A program made the position numbers and the translations under genes. Below are positions 40,998-54,000 of a stretch of DNA of 64,000 nt, piece by piece. The first letter of the stretch is position 1, and each line of letters opens with the position of its first letter. The stretch is from Catajapyx aquilonaris (Eukaryota), in assembly GCA_000934665.2 (NCBI GenBank), contig KZ538080.1, positions 62,001-126,000 of the forward strand, read 5' to 3'. The notes beneath the pieces are model-generated. The model was not told the DNA's origin. It saw only the letters and a list, made by a program, of their open reading frames with translations, and made no database searches.

Positions 40998-41143
40998 AGG
41001 TACAATCTATCTCAATAAGTTTTGACCACTTTATAATGATCTTGAAGCAACCCTTCGCACAGGCCCCACGGTGAGCAGGTGTGTGATGGGTTGCTTCAAG
41101 ACCAGGATAAAGTGTCCAAAACTTACTGAGACAGATTGTACCT
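40998..41143. repeat. Palindromic MITE-like element, family copy B
   Basis: AGGTACAATCT...AGATTGTACCT outer arms, with the same core as 9638-9778. Confidence 0.72.
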
Positions 41144-43775
41144 GTATCTCTTCCCTAAAATCCAAAAATTTACACAACTCGCCAATTAACCTGCATTCCC
41201 CGCAGTGCAAGTAATGAACAAGTTATCTCCAGCAGAAAACAATAAACCATACAACTCTGGGGTGCTTCGGAAGCTCCATCGAGCCCAAACCACCACTTGT
41301 CGATAAAGCCACTATCTCTTTTTCCGGGTGTATTTATTTCTCTCGGAGGAAGACGCAAATGGAATAGAGAATCCCTTCTGGAGAATTCGGAATGAAATTT
41401 CATTTTAACATAATTGGCTTAGCGTGTTGTTTCCCCCAGAATAAAAAGAATAACGTAATTAATTGGCGTAGTTTCCGCCCTACTTTTCTCTCTCTGCAAA
41501 CATGGGATCGAAGGTTTGTTTTATCGACTCCAGTACACCGGTATCCATAGGCACCCGCAATAAAATCGTGCCAGAAACTTCCCACAAAAAAAGGGTATGA
41601 ATTGAGCAAGGTTGAATGGATACCTCTAATATACTGTGCTTTGCACGAACCATATGAAAAACCCGTAAAAAAAATCATCCGAACTTGAAAGGAAGTATGT
41701 CATTAAGACCTGCAACGGAGGGTTAAACCTCGTGTTAAACGAAGGCATCACTTGCGATAGGAGCCGACATGGAATAATTTGCTGGGAATGTTATCGGACC
41801 CTCAGATAAGACGTTTTCATTTACCCACATTCTCGCACACATTTAATTTATAGGGCTGGTCTCTATTATGCACACATGAGTGATCAAGCGTGGACCCCGT
41901 CTTTTGAATGTTCGGTACACGCTCCTTTGAGGGCTACCCCGGTGTGGTTATTTCGCAAAATAATGTACCTCATTATCGTGCCATCATCATGTAAAAATGG
42001 GTATTGCACTGAGGATATCCTGACCGTTCTTGAGGGTACAGGGAAAATAGGCACTGATGACACCTGTATAGCAATTATATTCAAATGTGATTATAGCAAC
42101 GCTGCATTTCAGAAATCCTTCTAATGGTCCTTTTTTACACAGTTGTAGTAACGTATGTTACGCAGATTGCCAACTGCAGTTATCGGCTGGCTTTCTTCCA
42201 TCTGGATGCATCAAAACCTCGTTACGTTCTGTCCTATGATTCGAAGATATTGATTCTGGACTACTGACCATAAAGGTAATCATCATTTGACATAAGCCTG
42301 GTATTCAACTGGTGAGTGTATTACATGTGCAAATATGACGGCAATGATCCGGGTATTGAAATAGCCTGCAGTTCTATGCTATTGTGCTGCAACGGTCTGG
42401 GTGACACGTCAGCCATAAACTGTGCCGTCATAATGAAACTAGTAGACCCCCATGTGAAATGGCTACAAATAAAAAGGGCAATATCATGTTAATTTGATTG
42501 CTGCTTCAGTAATTAAACAATTTACATACACAAATATATTTTTAGTAGTCGGTGCCTTAGGCAAACCTAAAATCCGGCTCTTGCCCAATTTACCTGATTT
42601 TCATGCAATAAACTTAATTAAATCAACACCTAAAACCAACATTCGATGTACACCAAAATAGAGTAGGTGCACCTGAACGATTTGCGTCAGTAATGGCAAT
42701 ATTCATTTGCTGCATTGCCTAAATTGACTTGTTGACTTTCAAAACTTGATAAAAAAAACTGGCTGCCTGATTAAGCCCAGGCTTACTGCATTGCACAGAA
42801 ACTAGTCTCTTCATATTTCGCAGTGTAATATCGATTATCTAATGGCCATCCTCTTTTTACAATATTGGTATATGAATATGTATAACTGCACATCAATATT
42901 GAGCATGTGAATTGGGGATATTGGCGTGACTGATGATTACTCAGGGGCTGGCTGAAATTGCAATTTTTTGTGCGATTCATTTACAACTTATGGATAAATT
43001 TCCCCTGCACTGATTTAGCGAATCCCATCAAAGGATTATAATATATTCCAACCATTGTAATATGCAGATCCCATTTCCTGAAGCTATTCCTAAAACGTCA
43101 CGGACGATAACTGTATAATTTTGACAACCCTGCCAGTCACATGATCCGAATCACCCAATCCTATTAACTCTGCCTGCCTCGGCTAATCAGCTGTGACCAA
43201 CACGGATGCCATAATCCTTCAACAAGCCTCCAACCAATGGGATGATTTAAAGCTCCCATTTGCAATACACTGTTGATGTCACTTTTACCTCCACCATTCC
43301 AAGGCCAATAAAACACGACCAGTGAATGTCCAAGGAACATCACTGATAGCCATGAATATTCTTCGAGCATGCTTATGTCTCATTTGTCTCGCCATTTCGA
43401 CACCAAAGTTTTAATACTTCATGTATTCATGTCCTTTGCTATAGATGCGAACATTGCAAAGTTCTGATGGTTAGCTGCAGAATGGCTGTCATTTGTATGC
43501 AATTGCCATGAACAATGACAGTTGACAACCTGTAGAAAAAGTGTACGGTTATGTCAGCGTCTTCCATGTCAAGCAGTACTGTTGACCCTCTGTTGCCCAC
43601 CACATTAGTGTCTTCTGCATCCCATCCTTGTCCATGAATGTTGCAAGGCATGGGTTCGCACACACGAATACCACACGTCTCCATCCAAACCCAGTTTCCC
43701 CGCCATAACCGGTTTAAAGCATATAAAAATAGCTCTGAGACCAGTATGACCAAAAGCGGCATGTGTGTACCTCAC

Positions 43776-43824
43776 CTGCGAGCATGAGGCAGGTGCAGGC
43801 CAGAAGAGCCCTCATCCCCCTCAT
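43776..43824 (-). CDS. TMEM132: TMEM132-family protein, coding exon 1 (signal peptide)
   Basis: ATG AGG GGG ATG AGG GCT CTT CTG GCC TGC ACC TGC CTC ATG CTC GCA G|gtgagg has a canonical phase-1 donor. Joined to the phase-1 acceptor at 26860 it gives MRGMRALLACTCLMLADLAVG-VEVHFE, a typical signal peptide. Confidence 0.75.
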
Positions 43825-44343
43825 TTATTCTCTCCAACCTGATCCAACGATGTGATCACATGTGCCCACAACACACACACACACACACACTGCTCCCGTT
43901 TAACAATGGTCAATGTCAACAGTTCAGTCCACTGTGACCGCCACCACTGCACAGATCACTGGAGGCGGCAGCAGCATCCCTGCAGCGCGCACTCTTGTTG
44001 TGTCTGTCTGGGCACGCACTACAACTAGTTTTGGCTGCCTCCTCTCCACTGCCAGGCGGGCCTGAATCTTCCCTTCTTTCCACCCTCCAGGCCACACACC
44101 AACCCCGGCCTCGCTTGGCCTCTACTCTCTTTACGATTATCGACTTTCACGTGGGGGGGAGCGAGCGAGCTGGGGCCGGCTGGATGGTCCTTCTGTCGAA
44201 TCGCGCACTCTGGACGCCATTGCCGTGGGTTGTAGAGGATCGGGGTTTGGGAAAGGGTACAGAGGACGCCATTTTGGGGCTGGGTGTCAGGGTACAGGAA
44301 GGATGCGTGACGGGTCGTGACCCCCCCCCCCCCCCCCCCNNGT

Positions 44344-44429
44344 GAAATTTGGCCACTCTGGGGATCTTTAATGTGGACATCAGACATTGCGCGAGTGCAC
44401 GTTAAAGATCCCCAGAGTGGCCAAATTTC
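44344..44429. repeat. Perfect 28-bp inverted repeat with 30-nt spacer
   Basis: GAAATTTGGCCACTCTGGGGATCTTTAA (44344-44371) and its exact reverse complement (44402-44429). Confidence 0.9.
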
Positions 44430-44718
44430 CAGGAGGAGGCGTCTGATTTGCGACGAAATCACGTGATGCTCCACAAGAGGGGATGGGGGCGTGTCCACAA
44501 AATACGTCACGCTGTGAGGGATGACGGCCAGTGTGACGGACCGTGACATCAAGCTCATGTACAAATGAATCTGAATATCCTGTTGGTTAGACGATCCGCC
44601 TCCCGTAGCTCCTTGCCTGGCTGTCTATCTGGCAGGATAATACCAACATGGTTGCGCCATCTATGTGATGGATATGGTACAACAAGGATAGCTTTGACAA
44701 GTTTTGGCACAGAAATAT

Positions 44719-45020
44719 ATTTTATTTATTTATTTTACCCCATTGGGAAAATCAGCGCTCCATTAGGGGGGTGGAATACCACCATTGTACAACTCACAGT
44801 ATATATCTGAAATTTTATCCACGCACATGGATGGGGCCAAGGATAGGGAGGGAAGGAAGCGGCTGTGGCCTATTGTACGGAAACGACCCCAGAATTATCC
44901 TGGGGGGACAATGGAAAAACCACAGAAAACCACGGTCGGGGTTGCCGGCCCCAGGAATCGAACCCAAGACCTCCCGATTAGCAGTCGGGCTCCTTAACCA
45001 CTACACCAACCTGCTCGGTT
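44719..45020 (-). mobile_element. tRNA-derived SINE, copy 2
   Basis: Reverse-complement homologue of 14746-15046 with A and B boxes and a ~40-bp insertion in the 3' part. TSD AGAAATAT at 44711-44718 and 45021-45028. Confidence 0.85.
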
Positions 45021-45762
45021 AGAAATATGATATAAAAGCTCATGCTTCAAATCAGGGTAAAAAAATGCCAGTCAAATGTTTGTGAATATTTTAAACCTTT
45101 CCCAGTGCAGAATATAGCCACTTGCCATTATGGCAGGCTGCAATTAAGATTTAATAACACTTCACATCACAATGACCTGTCACTGCTGTCATAAAGGCCG
45201 AGAAAGAGAGACAAAGGCCGCAGCAGACAATATTTGGCCAGAAACCAGTAAACAAGCTTCCTGGGAGCACCTCCTGAGAGATGGATGGACATCTATTAGA
45301 CCCACCTCCATATGCACTCACCAGATACGGGATTCAACTCTAACCTTTTCCTGCAGGAGCCGCTTTAGTAGCTGTAGACATGCGGCCAAAAACATGGCAT
45401 GATTCATTATGCATGTCACTTGTTGTCGGATTTGATATTCTGCTGCTGAAAGGAGGGGTAGAATAGGTTGGCCGTAATGCTGTCAAGAAAATTAAGGTAC
45501 ACGCTCTTGGATTTGATATGCTCCAAGTAATTTAATGAGCAGGAGAAAAACAGTTCATTCACAAAGTCCTATATTATACATATTCAATTATTCTACTGTA
45601 TGGAGGATTTTGGATCGAAATAATGATCAAAATATTTTAAATAAATAATACACATAAACTGTATTGTACATTGGTACAGCATTACAAACATTTGAGTGTG
45701 CTGCCAGCATAAGGAAAAGCAGCTCTTGTGGCACAAGCATATTTTCAACAAATAGTAAAAGG

Positions 45763-47955
45763 CTAATTAGATGCTTTACACATCCACTGCCTCCGAATCT
45801 CGAACAAAATCACTCCCAATGCAGTCCCCACATTCAGACTGTCAATTCCTGCTTGAAGTGGTATCTGCACCCTTTTGCCACCATATCGTTTGGCAAACTC
45901 CTTAGCACTAGAACTGAGTCCTTCAGTCTCTCCTCCCACAATGACAATGTATGACTTTGATGCTGCATACTCCACTGCACTGTATGGCACCAGCTCCAAA
46001 CCTGAATCAGCTTGGGAGTTTCGGTTGTCCGCCACAAAAACTGCGGATGTTTGCTCCACCATGGTAGGCATATTTTCCCAAATCAGACTTTTTGTAATTG
46101 GTACCCTGAAGTGAGCACCAGATCCACTGCGGAGAACTTTGCGATCCCAAACGTCCACACACCCTATGTAACAAATAATATGATCCATGATATAGGCACA
46201 GGTGTTATTTGAAAATTATTCCTGTCTCATACATCTATCCGAGTTTGCATTTTACAAATCACTACAAGTCTAATCACACTCTGCGGATATGCATTTGATA
46301 CATTTGATAGACTTTATCCGCAATATTTCCATGACTGCTTGGATCACTTGGCTTTTTGTCCTCTTTCAAATGCAAATTAAACTTTGTAAATTCCCCACCT
46401 TTGGTTAGAAGAACTCGTTCACATCCTACTCCAGCTGCACTTCTGAGAATTGAGCCCAAATTCCCAGGTTCCCTCACATTGTCACATATGACAGTCAGAG
46501 GCACCAGTGGCACTGCATATTTTAGCTTATTGGCAGAGGGCATCTTAAACACACCTGACAATGAGATCAGAAAATTAAATACTGTAGCATTTGCAAAAGA
46601 GTGCCACAAATACAATGAACTCACCCATGATTCCCGGAGATGTCATAAGATCAGACCATTGCTGCATGTGCTTATAAGGTACCTGCTTCACTTCTGCACT
46701 TGCTGGTATTCGTAAATCATCAATATTAGCCTCACTGCTCTTGTACAGAACTTCCAGATTCACACCTGCAGCCAAGCCGTCTTCAATGAGTCTCTTTCCT
46801 TCCAGGAGGATCAATTTCTCCTGATTTTTTTTCAAGGTGTACTTCTGCATGTCAATACTGAAAGAAAACAAAATTTGTCAGATAGCGATTAAGATGTAAT
46901 TGTTTCATGTAGAAGCTTTTGCCTCTATGGTGCACTTCATTGAATCCACACACTCTTTAAGCCACACAAAAATATGCAAATCCAACATTTTAAACTTTAT
47001 TTGTTCCCAATCACAATATTACTGCTCAGTGAACCATAGCACATTGAATCTGATCATACCGTATGGTCTCTCTCTCTTTCAGCAGATATCTTAATCTAAT
47101 CGGGTTTTTTTTGTATACTGGATTTTCCAAGCCGTACTTTACGTGTACAGGAACAGATATTTTTTTACACCTGTGTTTTCCCAGTAGTACTGTATAGTAC
47201 ACAAACAGGTATTTCTCACATCTGGGTTTTCCAAGTGGTAGGCTACGTAGAAACATGTTTAAAGAAATTAAGTTAGTCAGTATTATATTCTGGTTACATA
47301 TCAATGTAAACTACAGGAATAAGTTTTTCCTTCTCATTGTTTCTTTAGCCTTTTATGCCTTGAGAGCCTTCAAGGCTCTCTATACCCAGCAGTGAAAGTA
47401 CTGATCCTGCTCCGGACCACTCTGGACAGTCAGGACAAACATTTCACCCAGAGTGTTGGACCATTCTTTACGAGCAGTACTGAACGTGGCTTTTGTACGT
47501 GATTGTCTACCGGTAAGAAAGGGGCGATACTTTCATTGCAAGATCGGATTAGTTCGGGTATGGTTTCTACGATGGTCTCTATTTTCCCTCGTTTAATTTT
47601 ATTACATTGTAATGATTCCAATGAGTACACATAATGGCAGTAGATTGCAGGCAAACTCCCTTGGCAGCCATCCAATCCCCAGCCAACAACCTCACCTAAA
47701 TTCAGTCTTCGTCGCCTTGTCATTCTTGGGCCGAATCATCTCCTGGATGAACTCAACCTTATCGGTCACCATCTCTTCCCCTGTCCTCCCTAACATGACC
47801 TTCCCATCAGGCATGAAGATCTTCTTCGGCGTCCGGCTGTACGTCTTCCGGTACATCCGCACCGGCACCGTCACCCTCTCCGAACCCCGTCTCGAGGAAA
47901 CCAACCCAGCCAGTTGCCGAAGCATGTCCACACCATTGATCCTGTGCGCCGCCAT
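45763..47955 (-). CDS. MRM3: rRNA methyltransferase 3, mitochondrial (SpoU/TrmH family), about 349 aa, 4 exons
   Basis: Exons 47696-47955, 46625-46857, 46399-46554 and 45763-46163 splice GT-AG in phase. SPOUT motifs ILLEGKRLIEDGL, ICDNVREPGNLGSILRSAAGVG, KVLRSGSGAHF, IVGGETEGLS and DSLNVGTALGVILFE. The Arg-rich N-terminus resembles a mitochondrial presequence. Confidence 0.92.
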
Positions 47956-48271
47956 CTTGGAACCGGGTTTCCAGCACCCCAAAAAAATCACGCCTCAGGT
48001 TGCCAGACGCAAAAATTTAAGCCCAACATGGCCTTGGGCGCAAGAATTTAAAGGCACACAAAAAAATTAGCACTCCAATAATTGCAGCACCTAGCCGAGG
48101 ATAGTGCGAGAGATAGTGAAGGCCGGGTTATTGAGGGTGGCTACTTCCGCGTGTTGACGTCGCACAGCCGGAGATAGAGGACGCCTATAAAACCGGGGGG
48201 ACTCCCTTTCCGTGGTCTAGATCTCGATTGATTGTGTTTGCTGGACGTTGAAGGACGACATAGGACCAAAG
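47956..48271. promoter_or_regulatory. Putative bidirectional promoter MRM3/GLOD4
   Basis: 316 bp between divergent ATGs. TATAAAA at about 48186-48192 on the + strand. YY1-like AAGATGGCGGC overlaps the MRM3 ATG on the - strand. Confidence 0.65.
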
Positions 48272-49949
48272 ATGCCGACCGGACGGGCACTCCACTGGGT
48301 CTTCAAGATCGGGGAAAGGAGGCAGACCATGAAGTTTTACAGGGAGCTTCTGGGGATGAAGGTGAGATATACCTTCAGAGGGACATGAACAATACAAATG
48401 TCATAATGTAGGTCGAAATGATGCAACATGATAAGTACATGTAGCACCAAGAGCTAATGGTAGCACACAAGCCGTTGATGTATGTTCAGTACATTTTTTC
48501 CATGCAATGCAGGTGCTGAGACATGAAGAGTTCAGCGAAGGATGCAAGGCGACCTGCAATGGTCCTTATGGTGGAAGGTGGAGCAAAACTATGATTGGTT
48601 ATGGATCTGAGGATAACCACTTTGTTATTGAGCTGACTTACAACTACGGCATCACCGAATATGAGCTTGGAAATGACTTCAGGGGCATCACGATCCGTTC
48701 CCGTGAGGCCATACAGCGGGCCAAGGCAATGGGATGGCCCGGAAAGGATGATGGGGGAAAGTATGTTGTGGAGGCTCCAGGAGGGTACAAGTACTTTCTT
48801 TTGGATGAACCACAACCAACTGATGACAAAGGTAGGGTAACAATGTCGAAGGTATTATAACTTACCTTTGGACGTTAGTTTTAATGTTGTTACTATGGCC
48901 TTTAGTAAGGGATCAATCGTTGTTTAAAGTCCAACATTTGGAGTCATTTGGAGTCCGTTGCTGTACTCGGATTTGTACTCCCAATCATCAATGCCTTGGT
49001 CTGCCTCGTAACACTGAAGCAGATAAGTGCCTACTTATCAGCAGATGTACCTAATCAGAAGTCTGGGTTTTCTCAAGATGTACTGTTATGTCTACAGCAA
49101 TGAAATTAGTCACTGCCATACCTAGATTGAATCTCATATCAGACATTTTAAAAATAATTGAAATTTGCTGTTTTTCTTTTGTCCCTTTATTTAATCCCAT
49201 TATACATCACATTCTCTATATCACAGCTGTATCCCTTTAAAAAATTTATCTGCAATAAGTTTACCCAGTTTACCTAATGGTTTCAACAACACTACTTTTC
49301 AGATCCCGTTGTTAAGGTGGCCTTCTCAAGTTCGAACCTTCAGAAATCGCTCGACTACTGGCATGGATTGCTTGGACTAAAGATCTATGACGACAGTGAC
49401 AAGAAAGTGGCCCTCCTGGGCTTTTCAGATGCGCAGGCCAAGGTGGAGATCCATGACATTGGGGTCCCTGTGAATCATGCCCAAGCCTACGGACGTATCG
49501 CCTTTTCCTGCCCTAAGGTGGAGCAACCACCGCTGGAGAAGCTCATCAAGGAGAAAGGGCACAAAATTATTAATCCACTCACCAGTCTGGACACACCTGG
49601 AAAGGCCACTGTTACTGTGGTCATTCTGGCTGATCCTGTAAGGCATCTCGCTATTCATGTCCTCACATTGCAAAGTTCTGATGATTGTCACTTGATAAAA
49701 TTTTAAACTGTGACTCCTGAGAGTTCTTGGTGTATGGGACAAGCTCCAGAGTATTAAGACACACAATCAGATGATTTTAACTTACATAATTATTTCCTTC
49801 CTCTCCAGATGGTAATTATTCCCCATGTTCTTTTCTTGCAGGATGACCATGAGATTTGCTTTGTGGAAGATGAAGGCTTCCGGAAGCTCTCAGAACCTGA
49901 TGTGGATGGAGATCAACAATTGGACAAATCAATGAAGCGTGATCCATAA
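48272..49949 (+). CDS. GLOD4: Glyoxalase domain-containing protein 4, about 283 aa, 4 exons
   Basis: Exons 48272-48361, 48513-48831, 49303-49637 and 49842-49949 splice in phase. Motifs [55 protein letters not shown] and [26 protein letters not shown] are diagnostic. Confidence 0.96.
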
Positions 49950-51018
49950 ACATTAATATCTTTCAACAAAATGTTCGCCAGCTTTTATGTGCTGTGCACA
50001 CAGTTGAATATCATGAAGCCCTGTGGGCCCATACTTGGTATATGGAAATAATATTAAAGCCTGAGAATTGATCATTCCTCGTCCTCGCTGTTTCTTTCAA
50101 TAACTTACTCGTATTATACAATGTGTTGTTGGTATTGGCTCTCCAAGTTTCATCCTCCCAGCTCGGCAGCTCCCAATGATTATTATTTTCCTTTTGTGCC
50201 ACAATTATTCACACCATTTCTGCTAACAAATGCAATGGACAGATGCAAAGTCACACTTGCATCTTGAATTTCTAAGCATGATGTACCTGGTCTATCAGGC
50301 ATAGTTATTCTTACTTCAATCAGCAGAAACATATAACTGGGCGCACAGGCAATAGCTTCCCTAGAAGTTCAACGAATGCCAGTCAAGACACTCTTTCAGG
50401 AGAGAGAAAACTACCATGGTAATTGTACCTACGAAAATGAGTCTTCCCTTTCCCTTGCTCCAGTGCCTTTAAACTCTCGACATCCTCAAGCGACTCAGGT
50501 ATAGCAGCGATAGACCTAAGTTAGTCTTTTCTTGTAGTTATTACTGTACAGTATACAGGGTGCTATGACTACATTTGAGAGTGAACTCGTAGGCACCAGA
50601 GGGTCACTATGTGGCAATGTCATGAAAACCCAAACCAGGTCCAAACCCATGATCAAGAATGCAACTGAAGGGAGAAATATCAATATTGAATCTGCAACAC
50701 TTGGGGAATCTGGACGAACCAGAACAACCTGAAGTGCTTTGGAAACCCAACCCACAAGAAGTATGCTTCGATTTCCTGTTTCCAGATAGTCTCCGTTTGT
50801 TACTTACGTTTTTTTACAGGATGGCCGTTCTTGGCGGAAAGTGACGGTTCCAGGAAGCTTTCAAAATCTGAACTGGATGGAGCTGAAGCTTTGAGCAAAT
50901 AAATGCAAAGAAAGTGGTAACTAATCTGAATATATGAACAAGTTGTTCATAGGCTTTATGTACACAGTGCAAAAAATGAACCCATTTTTGGCATACAAAA
51001 TTAACACACAATAATTAA

Positions 51019-54000
51019 TCAGTCCTCCTCTTCACTGCTGCTATCTATGACCTTATAGTACTCATCATTGTCAATCTCGATCTGCAGAGGTGCTCTCTGC
51101 TGACCAGTCCTTTTCCTGTTCAGCTTGGAACGAAGATCATCATGCTCTGTTACAGGAACACGTCTGGCAAGAGAATCACGGAGGTCAGAGTAGTCTTCCC
51201 CTTCTAACGCCCACTGGGTTTCTTCAGCATCTTCCTCCACATCATCCTCGTCTGTTTCATACTGGAGCACAACTTCACGATCCAAGCGTTGCCTCAAGTC
51301 TCTGGTGTCTACAGTTCGTTGGAGTCTCGACTCCACGTTCCTCTGTCTTGACTCTGCATTCCGCTGGTGCCTTGATTCCACGCTCCTCTGCTGTTGCCTG
51401 CCCCTCTCCTGCTGCTGTTGCTGTTGCCTGCCCCTCTCATGCTGCTGTTGCTGTTGCCTGCCCCTCTCCTCCTGCTGCTGCTGCTGCTGCTGCCTGCCCC
51501 TCTCCTGCTGCTGCTTCTTCCTTTCCACCACCTTAGATGATGGAATTTTGTTAATATCAATGCTGCATAAATGTAAACCAACATCACAAAACTTAATTGT
51601 ATTGAGTTTATACTTCGTTGAGCAAAAGTCATCTACCACTTGATGTAATACCATACAGGCAGTCCCAGACTTAAGGGGGCGCAGTAGAAAAAATACGTTA
51701 AACCAGATGGCTCTGCAGCTATAGCTGTCGAAGTGAGCCTACTGATTGTTTGTAAGTACTGGACAATAAAAGGCAGTTGTTGCCTCTAGACATTCTAGAG
51801 ACTGTAGACTCTAGAGCAGGGGTGGGCAAAACTTGGATATGTCCTCAGTGGCTACTTCTTAGATAATGACATGCAGTTATAATGAAAGTCATTCTTAATT
51901 TATTGCCCTTCACCTTGCGCTCCTCATCATCGGCGTGCATCCTCATCCTAGGCCGTTTGAGCTTGGTGGTCCACTCGTCGTCACTTGACTCTGACCCAGA
52001 CCTGGGCATCTTTCTCCTCAAGTCCCTCACTGGCGGTGGGGCCTCCTCCATCCTTGGTGGTCGCTGCGGCATCCTCCTCACTGCCATTCTTCTAGGTTCC
52101 TCCACGGGTTCTTCCTTGTCTGCAGCTCCCCACTTCTCAGCAAGACCCTTCCAAGGGTTCTTTCCACCAGATGATACAGACTTGATCTGCTGCTTTCTGG
52201 TCTTTGATATAATACCCTTTATCCCACCATAGTTGGGATTCCCATGCTTTTTGTAGTAGTCACTCATCCGTTCAGCACCCATGGTTTTTTTGTCTGCACG
52301 GGTTGGGAAACGAAACAACAGTGCTTTGGCCTTTGTGCTTTCAGTCCCCAGGCGCCAAGGGCCTGGTGGAATAGGCACTGTTATCTCAGAGGAATGAACA
52401 GAATTTCCTGTCATTGGGTCATCATCTTCCATATCAATACCGTCCTTGTGGCGGTTTTTTAAGCCACGTACGTGCTGCGTCAGGCCAATCATGGCACGTG
52501 CTGCTGATGTCCTCTCCATCCACACCACATTGCCTAAAATGAAGGTCAGTTGTGGCTCACACAGTGGCTCAGACAGTCAGAACCCATTCTCCCAGAACTG
52601 AAATCAAGTGCTGTACTATGGTGAGTGTCTCTAGGCAGAATTTGTATGTTTGTTATCCGCATTTGGTTACATCGTCACCTGCTTCCACGGATGGACGGTT
52701 ACTGATTCCAGTAACCATTGAAACAGGCTGTGTAAATAAGAGGTTTCACTGCTAGTCTAATGCAAATTTGAATATGAGCTTTAATCCATCCCAATGCAAG
52801 TGAAACGTTCAATCATAACAGCATCCTCTATCAGGTCACCACACTCTACTTGTCAGTGCCATACCGGTACACATAAAAAAAGGTAGCGTGCATTTGTCAT
52901 GCTGTGTGTGCAATTACTTACAGGAGCAGTCATTTATCCATTCTATGGAAGTAGGGCCATAATTCTTGAAGTACGCAAACACATCCTCAGTGCTCATTTC
53001 TTGTGTTCCTCTCACGTGAATGGCTTCCAGCCGGTACTGAACTGAGGGCTTGTCCAACTCGTAGTCCTCATCCGGAATACCCATGCTGCAAGCATACCTC
53101 TGTTTAGGTAATGAATTCAAGCTTCTTCATGACTTTACATTACCTTTCATACAGTTCTCTCAACTTTTCTGGGTTTACAGCACCCGCACTCTCATCAATT
53201 CCAAATCTCTTGGCCCGCTCTTCTCGCTTTGCATTGCTCTCCTCTCCAAACACATCTACGCCAGTCACAAATCCACCATCTTTATTCTCATACAGCTTCT
53301 TTCCAACCTGCAATGAGCACAAAGTATTGTGAGGCTAAATGGAAATGATCTGTGTTAGTATTGGCATGTAAACAAATCATTTAAGGAGCTTTTCCTAAAC
53401 TATGACTTGCCAGTAAGTAGGATGTTTTAAATGCTCCAGTTTGATATACTAATACTCAAATAACTATTCATTTTTGTTAAAAAGTCAACATTTTGATTGA
53501 CTCTGGAGCAAAACAAAAACAAAAACACACACAGCTTAAATGAGGATTTCCTTTCTTCTGAGCCATCATACATGAATATTTCGCCATTACATGCACTAAC
53601 AGCAGGTCAGATGCACCATCTTCCATTTAGCAACAGCCTGTAAACATTCACCTACACTCAGCCCCAGCAACTCCTATCTAGCCATACAGGGAAGAGCGTG
53701 AGCTTGGTTGACCCCTCCCCCACGGTAGAATGTTCTATTTGACGCTGGCATCTCTCCACAGAGCACAGCTTCGACGTCACGTTCGGGCGGACGCTTTTCT
53801 GAACCATTCTTTCCAATGCAGCTGATTCAGAAGGGAAAATCGCAGAGCCAGCCACCCGAACATGATATCAAAGTTGTGCTCTGTGGAGGACAGCAGCACC
53901 ACGTCCGTAACCAGCTAAGCTCATGCATAGGGGGAGGGAGTTGCGCAACCTAAGTAGTAGGCCATGCAAACAGGCCATGCCTACACTGCATAAATGTTCA

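Noticed and set aside
44025..44564. 179-aa minus-strand ORF upstream of TMEM132
   Set aside because: It spans a homopolymer, an N and a hairpin and has no domain features, so it is more likely UTR or promoter sequence.
44925..45020. tRNA gene (Ser-GCT-like)
   Set aside because: The D-stem and acceptor stem do not pair properly, and the sequence continues into a repeated SINE body with a TSD.
51305..51643. Cys-rich metallothionein-like ORF on + strand
   Set aside because: It is the antisense reading of the CAG repeats in NCBP3.
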